DNA from: Deltaproteobacteria bacterium
GTDB taxonomy: Bacteria; SAR324; NAC60-12
Length of the DNA stretch: 45,153 nucleotides
Assembly: GCA_038150265.1 (NCBI GenBank)
Contig: JAYOTF010000012.1
Coordinates: forward strand, 1 to 45,153
Direction: 5' to 3'
How positions within the stretch are numbered: position 1 is the stretch's first letter; every line of letters begins with the position of its first letter. A program made the translations under genes and the position numbers. The notes below the pieces were generated by a model. That model had not been told where the DNA came from. It saw only the letters and a list, made by a program, of their open reading frames with translations, and searched no databases. Shown here one piece after another: positions 37,276 to 45,153 of this stretch.

Positions 37276-38237
37276 CCCTCCGCATGTCCGAAAGCTACAC
37301 GGAGCTGTCCTTCCACTACATGCAGCTTAACGGAAACCCGGAAACGCTGCTGGAGTTTCTGCTCCGTCGCTTTCGGTACCTCGATGAGCAGGAATGGCGG
37401 TCGAACATTGAGGAAGGCCGCCTCATGCTGGACGGCAAGGTGGCGCGTCCGGACTGGGTCCTTCGCAACAACCAGAAGGTCCTCTACCGGCGCCCCGACT
37501 TCATGGAGCCTCCGGTCGACCCGTTCTTTGAGGTGGTTTATGAAGATGACGACCTGATTGCCCTCAACAAGTCCGGCGACCTGCCCACCAGCCCCTCCGG
37601 GAAGTACTTCAAGCACACCCTCGTCCACCAGGTCAAGGAACGCTTCGGGTGGGAGAAGCTGTACACGCTGCACCGCCTGGACCGGGAAACCAGCGGGCTG
37701 ATCCTCTTTGCAAAGCGGCATGAGGTGGCCCAGCTCATGGCCGGACTCTTCCGCACCCAGCAGGTCCGGAAGACCTACCTGGCCATCCTCCAGCAGCCTC
37801 TTCCGGAGCCCGATGTGTTTGTGTCCTTGCCGATTGGTCCGCTGGGCAGCGAGGTTCGCATCAAGCAAGGAGTGACTCCTGCCGGAAAACCGAGCCAGAC
37901 CTGGTTTCATCAGCAGGAGCAGCTGGAGGCAGGAACGCTGGTGGAGGTCCGCCCCCTGACGGGACGCACCCACCAGATCCGTGTCCATGCCAGCCACCTC
38001 GGCAGCCCCATCGTGGGCGACAAGCTCTACGGCCTTCCGGAGGCAGGCTTCCTGGCCTGGCTTGCAGAAGGCGACTCCGCCCTCACGCCCTACCACTTCC
38101 CCCGACACCGTCAACTGCTCCACGCCTGGAAGGTCCACTTTCAGCATCCCATCACGCATCAACCATTGACTCTTTGTGCAGATGAGGGGATTCTTCTGCG
38201 CGAGATTAACACCTTTCATCGGCCAGAGGCTCCATGA
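37272..38237 (+). CDS. RluA family pseudouridine synthase
   Basis: 'VYEDDDLIALNKSG', 'HRLDRETSG', 'TGRTHQIRVH', 'IVGDKLYG', 'LHA'. Confidence 0.95.
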   Translation: MTLRMSESYTELSFHYMQLNGNPETLLEFLLRRFRYLDEQEWRSNIEEGRLMLDGKVARPDWVLRNNQKVLYRRPDFMEPPVDPFFEVVYEDDDLIALNKSGDLPTSPSGKYFKHTLVHQVKERFGWEKLYTLHRLDRETSGLILFAKRHEVAQLMAGLFRTQQVRKTYLAILQQPLPEPDVFVSLPIGPLGSEVRIKQGVTPAGKPSQTWFHQQEQLEAGTLVEVRPLTGRTHQIRVHASHLGSPIVGDKLYGLPEAGFLAWLAEGDSALTPYHFPRHRQLLHAWKVHFQHPITHQPLTLCADEGILLREINTFHRPEAP

Positions 38238-39949
38238 CACCGGCAACTGCACTCGCCCAGCACTGGGCACATGATCCGTTCTTTGACGAAGACACCCGAC
38301 TCCAGGCCCAGCGCCTTCTTGCAGAACCTCATGCAGACGAGCGGGAAGACTGCTTTGGCGCCGCACTGGAATTTGGCACCGGTGGCCTCCGGGGCCTGAT
38401 GGGCGTGGGCACCAACCGGATGAACCGGTACACCGTCATGCAGGCAACCGAGGGGCTCGCGCGCTACCTGGAGAGCCACCCGGACCCTGCGGCCCAGGGC
38501 GTGGTCATTGGCTACGACTCCCGGAACCGTTCGCAGGAGTTTGCCGAAACAGCAGCCGAGGTCCTCGCGGCTCACCAGATTCCGGTTTACCTCTTCCGGG
38601 AAATTGCTCCCACGCCACAGGTTTCCTTTGAGCTGCTGCAGCGCAACGCTCAGTCCGCCCTGATTCTGACCGCGAGCCACAACCCTCCGGACTACAACGG
38701 TTACAAGGTGTACTGGAAAAATGGCGGACAGATTGTGCCTCCGGAAGATCAGGCCATCATTGCCCAGGTGCGGGAAGTGACGGACTTTTCGGCCATTCCG
38801 TCCATCTCCCTGGTGGAGGCAGAGGCTCAGGGGCTGCTGGAGTGGATTGAAGCCGAAGCCGATGAAGCCTACTACCAGCGCGTGGCCGAGCTGTCCGTTG
38901 GGAATCCGGAAGACAACCGGGACTGTGGCGTCCTCTACACCCCGCTGCATGGTACGGGCGGACGCCTGGTTCCCGGGCTCCTCAAGCGCCGGGGCTTTGA
39001 GCAGGCCCATGAGGTTGCCGAACAGATGGTTCCGGATGGCAACTTCAGCACCGTTCCGTCTCCGAACCCGGAGGACCCGAAGGCGTTTGAGCGTGCCATG
39101 GCCCAAGCAGACCTGGATGACCGCCTCATCCTCTGCAACGACCCGGACGCTGACCGCCTCGGCGTGATGGTCCGGGATGCGACCCAGAACTGGATCCGCC
39201 TCAACGGCAACCAGATTGGCGTCTTGCTGCTCGACCACACCCTTGCCACCTTGCAGCAGGCCCGCAAGCTTCCGGAAGACGGCGTGTTTGTCGTCAGCAT
39301 TGTTTCCTCGCCGCTGGCCAAAGCGGTGGCCGCGCATTACGGCCTCCGGACCCTTGAGGTGCTGACGGGGTTCAAGTGGATCCGCGCCGTTGCCGAGCAG
39401 TTGGAACTCAACGGTGACGGCACCTTCGTTTTTGGCATGGAGGAAAGCCATGGGTACCTGATGGGCACCCACTCCGGAGACAAAGATGGCATCTGGGCGG
39501 CCATGGCCTTTGCCGAGATGACGGCGACCCTTGCCGCTCAGGGCCTGACCCCGGTCGAAAAGCTGGGGCAGCTGGAGCAGCAGTTTGGCTTCCACCTGGA
39601 TGACCAGGCCACCCAAACACTTCCGGGGCTGGAAGGCAAGAAACAGATTGCCTCCATCATCCAGCAACTCCGGGAGCAGCCTCCGCAGCAGCTCGCTGGG
39701 CTGAAGGTGCAGTCGGTCGCCGACCTCCTCAGCAATGAAGTCCATGACCTCGAGTCCGGGAGCACCCAACCGGGACAGGGGCTTCCCGCTTCCAATGTGC
39801 TCATCCTCAACCTGGAGTCCGACACCCGCGTCATCGTCCGCCCCTCCGGCACTGAGCCCAAGATCAAGTACTACTTCAATCTCAAGGATTCCGACGCAGC
39901 TCAGCTGGCCCCGCGCTTTCAGGCCCTCAAGCAGGACCTCGGTTTATGA
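38234..39949 (+). CDS. Phosphoglucomutase/phosphomannomutase (alpha-D-phosphohexomutase)
   Basis: 'FGTGGLRG', 'TASHNP', 'DPDADR', 'GMEESHG', 'RPSGTEPKIK'. Confidence 0.96.
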   Translation: MTPATALAQHWAHDPFFDEDTRLQAQRLLAEPHADEREDCFGAALEFGTGGLRGLMGVGTNRMNRYTVMQATEGLARYLESHPDPAAQGVVIGYDSRNRSQEFAETAAEVLAAHQIPVYLFREIAPTPQVSFELLQRNAQSALILTASHNPPDYNGYKVYWKNGGQIVPPEDQAIIAQVREVTDFSAIPSISLVEAEAQGLLEWIEAEADEAYYQRVAELSVGNPEDNRDCGVLYTPLHGTGGRLVPGLLKRRGFEQAHEVAEQMVPDGNFSTVPSPNPEDPKAFERAMAQADLDDRLILCNDPDADRLGVMVRDATQNWIRLNGNQIGVLLLDHTLATLQQARKLPEDGVFVVSIVSSPLAKAVAAHYGLRTLEVLTGFKWIRAVAEQLELNGDGTFVFGMEESHGYLMGTHSGDKDGIWAAMAFAEMTATLAAQGLTPVEKLGQLEQQFGFHLDDQATQTLPGLEGKKQIASIIQQLREQPPQQLAGLKVQSVADLLSNEVHDLESGSTQPGQGLPASNVLILNLESDTRVIVRPSGTEPKIKYYFNLKDSDAAQLAPRFQALKQDLGL

Positions 39950-41445
39950 GGGCACTCGGCCTTGGCCTCCTCCTCCTGTTCCTCAGCCTCGCTTCTGCCG
40001 GAGCCCAGAGCCTGCTGACCGAGCAGGTCCAGGTGGAGGTTCCGATCGTCCGAGAAAACGTGGCTGCAGCTCGAGAGGCCGCCCTGGATCAAGGCAAGCA
40101 GCTCCTCACCCTGAAGGCCCTCCAGGGGCTGCTCAGCGCTGAATCTCAGTCTCTGCTCCTGCCCGTGCTTCAGGCAGAGGCCCGGAGCGCCGAGGCCAGC
40201 GTCCTGGAGTCCTTCCGGATCATCTCCGAGCAGCGGGCAGCCGACCTGTCTCGCTTCTCTCTGGCCCTGGAAGGGCGGCTGTTTCGCTCGCGCCTGATTG
40301 CCCTCCTCCGGGACCGGGGGCTGCCCCTGGCCACAGACAACCGCTTGGGAAAACGACTCCCGGTCGCGCTGCAGCTTCCCAATGCGCTCGCGGATGCACG
40401 TCAGGTCAAGGCCCTCTCGCAGATGCTGGCGCGGTACCTGGCTCCGTACCAGATTGCTCTCGGAAGTGTGGCGCGGGTGAGTTCCTTCAAGGGGCTGGAA
40501 GAGGCCCTGGTCCTGACCCTTGATGCCTCCGGAAATTGGGACGGTCGCTCGGCCAAGGAGGTCACCGTCCAGTGGAGCCTCGTGGAGCAAGGAGGCGTCC
40601 GGGCTCAGACCCGCTTCAAAAAGACCCTCACGCCCAGTCAGGAATCGTGGACGAGTGACCTGGGAAACGCGTTGCTGCTGGAGTGGGGAGCGGTGCTGCG
40701 GGCGGTCTTTGAGCAAGACAGCCAGGGCGCCATGACCGAGATCCAGCTGACTGGAGTCCCGGGGCCCCTCGAAGAGGCGCTGATCCTGCGGGTTGCCTTT
40801 GCGGGAAAACCGCAGTGGGCGGACCTCAGCCTCTCTCGGCTGCTTCCGGATGGAGCCCTGTACCAGGGGGAATTGCGGGGCAATCAGGAGGCAGAAGTGC
40901 GGGCCCTGACCTCGCAGCTTCAGCCCCTTGGCCTGCAAGAGGCCGGTTGGATTGGCCAGCGCCTGCGCCTGCGGTTTGACTGGCAGACCCCGATGCTGGA
41001 CGTCGAGCCCTTTGCGCCCGATCTCTCCGTGCAGCGCCTGCTCAATGAGGCGGAGCGGGATCCGGAGCAGCTGCCGCAGTGGCAGGTTCCTGCCCGTGGA
41101 GGCGGACTGACCCGGCTTCCGGAAGAGGGCATCATTGCCGGCACCATTCTCAACCGAGGTGACTCCGACCTCCTGCAGGTGCCAGCAGGCTTCTCCGGAA
41201 CCCTCCGCTGGCAGCGGCTGGGTCCCACGAACCTGATGCCGCAAATCACCCTGTATGACCAGAACCTGCAGCTGCTGGAGCGTCACCGCTTGGGACGGAA
41301 GACCACGCTGGAGCTGACTCGTGAAGGAGGAGCGGAAGAGGCGGAAAGTTTTTTTATACGGGTTTCCGACGAAATTGGCTATATTGAGGGCGTTGTTGGA
41401 GGATATCAGCTATTTCACTATATTCTTGAGCTTCGCCCTCAATAA
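39946..41445 (+). CDS. Exported hypothetical protein (499 aa) with possible C-terminal PPC-like beta-sandwich
   Basis: ATGA overlap with the phosphomutase gene; signal peptide ending AGA; C-terminal 'GDSDLLQV...ITLYD...FFIRVSD...Y'. Confidence 0.75.
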   Translation: MRALGLGLLLLFLSLASAGAQSLLTEQVQVEVPIVRENVAAAREAALDQGKQLLTLKALQGLLSAESQSLLLPVLQAEARSAEASVLESFRIISEQRAADLSRFSLALEGRLFRSRLIALLRDRGLPLATDNRLGKRLPVALQLPNALADARQVKALSQMLARYLAPYQIALGSVARVSSFKGLEEALVLTLDASGNWDGRSAKEVTVQWSLVEQGGVRAQTRFKKTLTPSQESWTSDLGNALLLEWGAVLRAVFEQDSQGAMTEIQLTGVPGPLEEALILRVAFAGKPQWADLSLSRLLPDGALYQGELRGNQEAEVRALTSQLQPLGLQEAGWIGQRLRLRFDWQTPMLDVEPFAPDLSVQRLLNEAERDPEQLPQWQVPARGGGLTRLPEEGIIAGTILNRGDSDLLQVPAGFSGTLRWQRLGPTNLMPQITLYDQNLQLLERHRLGRKTTLELTREGGAEEAESFFIRVSDEIGYIEGVVGGYQLFHYILELRPQ

Positions 41446-41446
41446 A

Positions 41447-42244
41447 ATGCCGCAGCCATCGCTTCGCAAAGCCGATTTTGCCCAGCCTTCTGCCGTGGTT
41501 GGAGAGTACCTCCATTCCATTTATCGCATCAGCTGGTCTGGGGGAGCGGCCAAAGCCAAAGACCTCGCCCGGCGCCTCCGGAGCAGCCCGTCCACGGTGC
41601 ATGCGACCCTGACGCGGCTCAAGCGGGACGCTCTGATTGAGATCGACCAGCAGCGTCGGATCTCCCTCACACCGTCCGGACAGCAGCAGGCCGAGGCGGT
41701 GACTCTGCGGCACAACCTGGCCGAGTACTTCCTCTTTCAGGAGCTGGACATCCCCTGGTACCAGCTGCACCTCCACGCGGAACACCTCGAGCACGCCCTC
41801 ACCCCATTGGTCACGGAGCACCTGGCCGAACGGCTGGGGCACCCTCAGTACTGCCCCCACGGCTCTCCCATGCCTGGCGGCGGAGGCACCTTCACCTGCC
41901 CCACCCTGGCCCTCAGTGAAGTCGTTCCGGGAAACGTGGTGGAGCTGCTGATGCTGGATGAGATGCTGGAAAATTCGGAAGAGGTCATGAAGCACCTGCA
42001 GACCCACGCCCTGACCCCCGGACGGCACCTCCACGTGAGCGTTCGGAGCGACGACATGCAAACCCTGGCGCTGCAGCTGGAAACGGAGCAGCACCCGAAG
42101 GTCTGCAAGCACTTTGAAGAAGAGCCCTGCTTCCGGAAGCTGGAAGCCCAACCTCCGCAACACAACCACGCCAACCCGACCCTCCTCTCTTACGAGGTCG
42201 CCTCACACATTCTCGTGACTCCGGTTCGCCCCCTCGCGGCGTGA
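41447..42244 (+). CDS. DtxR/MntR family metal-dependent transcriptional regulator (~265 aa)
   Basis: Start MPQPS at 41447; 'EYLHSIY', wHTH 'DLARRLRSSPSTV', 'RHNLAEYFL', 'AEHLEH', 'CPHGSP', FeoA-like tail. Confidence 0.9.
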   Translation: MPQPSLRKADFAQPSAVVGEYLHSIYRISWSGGAAKAKDLARRLRSSPSTVHATLTRLKRDALIEIDQQRRISLTPSGQQQAEAVTLRHNLAEYFLFQELDIPWYQLHLHAEHLEHALTPLVTEHLAERLGHPQYCPHGSPMPGGGGTFTCPTLALSEVVPGNVVELLMLDEMLENSEEVMKHLQTHALTPGRHLHVSVRSDDMQTLALQLETEQHPKVCKHFEEEPCFRKLEAQPPQHNHANPTLLSYEVASHILVTPVRPLAA

Positions 42245-43864
42245 GGGTTTGGGCTTGTTGCTGCTCGGTCGCCCAAACCGGAAGCGGAAGGAGCTGTCTC
42301 CGACCATGATTTCGTCTCCTTCGCGCAAGAACCGCTGTTCCACGCGACGGCCGTTGATCAGGGTGCTGTCTCCAGCCAGGTTGACCAACTTGAACTGCCC
42401 CCCAATCTTGACGATCTTGGCATGCCGCGCCGCAATCTCGGAGCTGATCAGCTGCACATCGTTGGTGTGGGCACTGCCGATGAAGGTGATGTTCCGAACC
42501 AGCGGAAAGTCATTCCGAGCATCGGCAAACTGCAAGCTCGGGAGCCCCTTCCGGAGCGGTCCATTCGGCTTGATCCACACTGCAGGCAACACCGGCACCG
42601 AGGGCTTGGTCTCTTCCGCCTCAGCCTCCGGAAGCTGCTGCTTCGGGTTGTGGAACATCAACACCATCTCCCCCACGTCCAGCAGGTCTCCATGCTGAAG
42701 CAGCCGACGGTGGATGCGCCGACGGTTGATCAGCAAGGCATTCTTGTAGTTCTTGTCTTCCAGCATCATGGAGCCGTCCTGCGGCGTCAGCAGGACACGG
42801 TGCAGGTTTGCCGAAAGCCGGAGCTTGCGCTGCGTCCGGAGCTTGGTCAGGAACTCCAGGCTGCCTCCTGAGTCCGGAATCGGGACCACCTGGTCCTTCT
42901 CACGCGGGCTGAGCAGCTGAAAGCCCATCCCTTCGCTCACAGGGACACGCGGTCGACGGTTCCACCAGAGCAGACCGGCAAAGAGCGTTGCGCCCGCAAG
43001 CGCCACTCCTCCGGACCACACCGGCACTTCCAGTTCCGGCCAGTAGTGCAGTCCCGGCGCCTGCCAAATCACCTCATACTCCTGCTCTGCCGTCCGGGCA
43101 TGAATCTGCAGGGTCTTGCCGTCTCCATGCCAGTTCGGATCCTGATACGTCAGCATCCACTCCGAGTCTGCTTCCGCAAGCACCTGCTCCCAAATTGCCG
43201 GCAGCTCTTCCTTGCCTCCAATGCGATGAATCCGGGAGGTGCCTTCAATGTTGGAAACCTCCACCCCAGGAAAGAAGACCGCATGCAGGCTCACATGGTT
43301 CTGAGCAAGGAGGGTGGCGATCTGCTGATCATGCCACTCCGCAACCGGAAAGTGATCGGTCAGGACCACAACCAGCCGACGCTTTGAGGCATCGCTCCCA
43401 AACTCCTTGAGCGCCGAACGCAACGCCGAGGGAAAGGGCTCCTGACGCGGACGAATCTGCTCCGGAAGGTTCTCGTCAAAAGCAACCAGCCCCCCTTCCC
43501 AGGACACCTGAACCCGTGTCTTCTCCGGCAATGTTATCGGTAACAAATCTTGCAACAAAGCAGCGGGGTCTTCCTGTTTCCAGGCGCTGGGGAGGAAGAG
43601 GAGGATTTCCAGGGGCAAGGCGTCGCGGCGGCGTTCCAGTTGATCCACCAGCAGCGTGGTGCCTTCAGCCTGGAGTTGGAGATTCAGGGGAAAGTACGGG
43701 TCTTGGTGAAGGTCCTCCGGAAGGAGGAGGAAGAGGCGGTGACTGTTTTCCAGCATGGCCTGAGAGGCATCGGAACCAACCACCACAAGAGTGGGTTTGC
43801 CAAGGGCCACGGTTCCCCAGAAGAGGACGGCCGTCAGCACGGATGCAATTTTCCAGAAGTTCAT
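42203..43864 (-). CDS. Single-pass membrane protein: exported (VWA-like) N-terminal region and two cytoplasmic FHA domains
   Basis: Signal peptide; 'RRLVVVLTD'; TM 'GGVALAGATLFAGLLWW'; 'LLINRRR...GDLLDVG' and 'IGSAHTNDV...IAARHA...LINGRR...GDEIMVG'. Confidence 0.82.
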   Translation of the reverse strand: MNFWKIASVLTAVLFWGTVALGKPTLVVVGSDASQAMLENSHRLFLLLPEDLHQDPYFPLNLQLQAEGTTLLVDQLERRRDALPLEILLFLPSAWKQEDPAALLQDLLPITLPEKTRVQVSWEGGLVAFDENLPEQIRPRQEPFPSALRSALKEFGSDASKRRLVVVLTDHFPVAEWHDQQIATLLAQNHVSLHAVFFPGVEVSNIEGTSRIHRIGGKEELPAIWEQVLAEADSEWMLTYQDPNWHGDGKTLQIHARTAEQEYEVIWQAPGLHYWPELEVPVWSGGVALAGATLFAGLLWWNRRPRVPVSEGMGFQLLSPREKDQVVPIPDSGGSLEFLTKLRTQRKLRLSANLHRVLLTPQDGSMMLEDKNYKNALLINRRRIHRRLLQHGDLLDVGEMVLMFHNPKQQLPEAEAEETKPSVPVLPAVWIKPNGPLRKGLPSLQFADARNDFPLVRNITFIGSAHTNDVQLISSEIAARHAKIVKIGGQFKLVNLAGDSTLINGRRVEQRFLREGDEIMVGDSSFRFRFGRPSSNKPKPSRREGANRSHENV

Positions 43865-44712
43865 TAGGTCTCGCAGTACTGCAGTAGCGCTGACCCTGCT
43901 TTGATGATGTCTCCGTCTTTGAGTGGTTGTTGATGGACTTTCCGAAAATTCACCTCCAGTTCCCCGCCTTTCTCCACATTCTGCAGACTCATCTGCTCAT
44001 TGTCGATCCGGAGGTCAGCGTGGTGGGCACAGACCTCGGTGTACCCCGAGAGCCTCAGGTCCGCGTGACGGCCATACCCGAGGCTCAGCAACGGGGATGA
44101 CAGCAACCAGGATTGCCCGATTTGTGGTCCATTGATCACACGCAACTGTGCGTGAGAGGTCAGATTTTCTAAACCCGCCTGGACCAACTGGTACGTCAGG
44201 CCATAAGCGAGCAACGCCACCGCTTGCGCAGTGCCATCAAAGGGAGTAAGCGCTACAAGTTCAACAAGAAGCCCACCGGCCAAACCTCCGGCCCCTCCCC
44301 CCAGACACGGGCGGAGGATGAGATGGGATCGAGCATGAAACACACAAGAAGCCCCACCCAGCAACAAGCCGAGCACGCCCCATCCAACCAGACGGGAAGC
44401 AAAAGGTGGGACCTGATAAGCCAACAGATAATCGGCTGAACGGAAAGCAAGCCACCCGCTGACGCCTCCAATGACGGCTCCCCTGAACACATGGAGGGCC
44501 ACTTCATTGAGGGGCAGGTGCTTCAAAAGCGGATCCCGGGCCAACAGAATCGCCCCCAACCCTGCAGAGGCGGTTATCCCGTGGATCACAAAAGGAGAGA
44601 TCGTGAAGTACTCAACAAAGGTAGGACTGAGCGCGAGCAACCCCCACGCCACCAAACCGGCAACAGCCCCCAGCAAGGCATTTTCCAGTAAATGCTTACC
44701 TTTGTGGGGCAT
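43864..44712 (-). CDS. Multi-pass membrane protein with C-terminal FHA domain
   Basis: About 6 Gly-rich TM helices, then 'LGYGRHADL...VCAHHA...VNF...LKDGDIIKAG'; stop overlaps the next start (TAATG). Confidence 0.82.
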   Translation of the reverse strand: MPHKGKHLLENALLGAVAGLVAWGLLALSPTFVEYFTISPFVIHGITASAGLGAILLARDPLLKHLPLNEVALHVFRGAVIGGVSGWLAFRSADYLLAYQVPPFASRLVGWGVLGLLLGGASCVFHARSHLILRPCLGGGAGGLAGGLLVELVALTPFDGTAQAVALLAYGLTYQLVQAGLENLTSHAQLRVINGPQIGQSWLLSSPLLSLGYGRHADLRLSGYTEVCAHHADLRIDNEQMSLQNVEKGGELEVNFRKVHQQPLKDGDIIKAGSALLQYCET

Positions 44713-44811
44713 AAGAGGTCTCAGCTCAGGCTAGAGGGTCATCAGCAAATCTAAAAGGTGTCGCATTGGATCAAATACTTCCACAAAACACCAGTTGTTT
44801 TCCAGGGCAAA

Positions 44812-45153
44812 TCAGGTACGCCGCCGGCGGATAAATGCAGGAATATCCAAGTTGTTCGAAAAGTTGGCGTCTGCCTTGTTGACCCATTCCGGAACCACCG
44901 GTTGGGTCTGGACTGGAGGACGCTCCATCCCCAGGGAAGCATACCCCATGCCGATGGTGGTGCTCTCGACCGAGGAGCCATTCCGGTTTTGAACCGCCAG
45001 GGGTTCCGCCTCTGCTGATTTCTCAGCAGGGACAGGGGTGGGCGCAGGCGCCACAACCGGCTCCGGAGGAGCCGCAGGCGCTTCAGCCATGACCGGTGCG
45101 GGTTCAGGCCTCGAGGGCACCGGCTCCGGAGGCGCAGGCACGGCCATGAACGC
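44812..45153 (-). CDS. ftsZ: Cell division protein FtsZ, C-terminal linker and conserved tail (partial; 5' part lies outside the window)
   Basis: Pro/Ala-rich linker ending 'NNLDIPAFIRRRRT', the FtsZ C-terminal conserved peptide. Confidence 0.85.
   Translation of the reverse strand, partial: AFMAVPAPPEPVPSRPEPAPVMAEAPAAPPEPVVAPAPTPVPAEKSAEAEPLAVQNRNGSSVESTTIGMGYASLGMERPPVQTQPVVPEWVNKADANFSNNLDIPAFIRRRRT

Overview
GC-rich bacterial chromosomal segment, almost fully coding and mostly housekeeping. The gene content suggests a flagellated deltaproteobacterium-like organism such as SAR324 (inference). Minus strand, from the left end: a poly-C artefact; two translationally coupled 7TM-DISM / degenerate histidine kinase / REC proteins, each ending in a ChiS-type DNA-binding domain; an IlvD/Edd sugar-acid dehydratase; upp; a SAM methyltransferase; a YHYH lipoprotein and its partner; tandem-domain thyX; a partial complex I cluster (nuoABCDHI); metG, yhbY, ispH; and a bor-rnc-rluB-fapA-pentapeptide-hypothetical-dapA-can run. 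Further right: tatD; a PomA-like motA with two motB paralogues; a UvrD-like helicase; two secreted caspase-like (C14) paralogues; a deaminase-only ribD; DUF4340-rluA-phosphomannomutase-hypothetical-DtxR; two FHA membrane proteins; and the 3' end of ftsZ. No RNA genes, CRISPR arrays or mobile elements were recognised. Best leads: (1) the pseudokinase sensor pair with ChiS-like DNA-binding domains, (2) roughly tenfold over-representation of the palindrome TCCGGA (HIP1-like), (3) twin MotB proteins with an identical 44-aa N-terminus but divergent periplasmic domains, and (4) a plant-type DHDPS. All family assignments come from motif recognition, not database searches.
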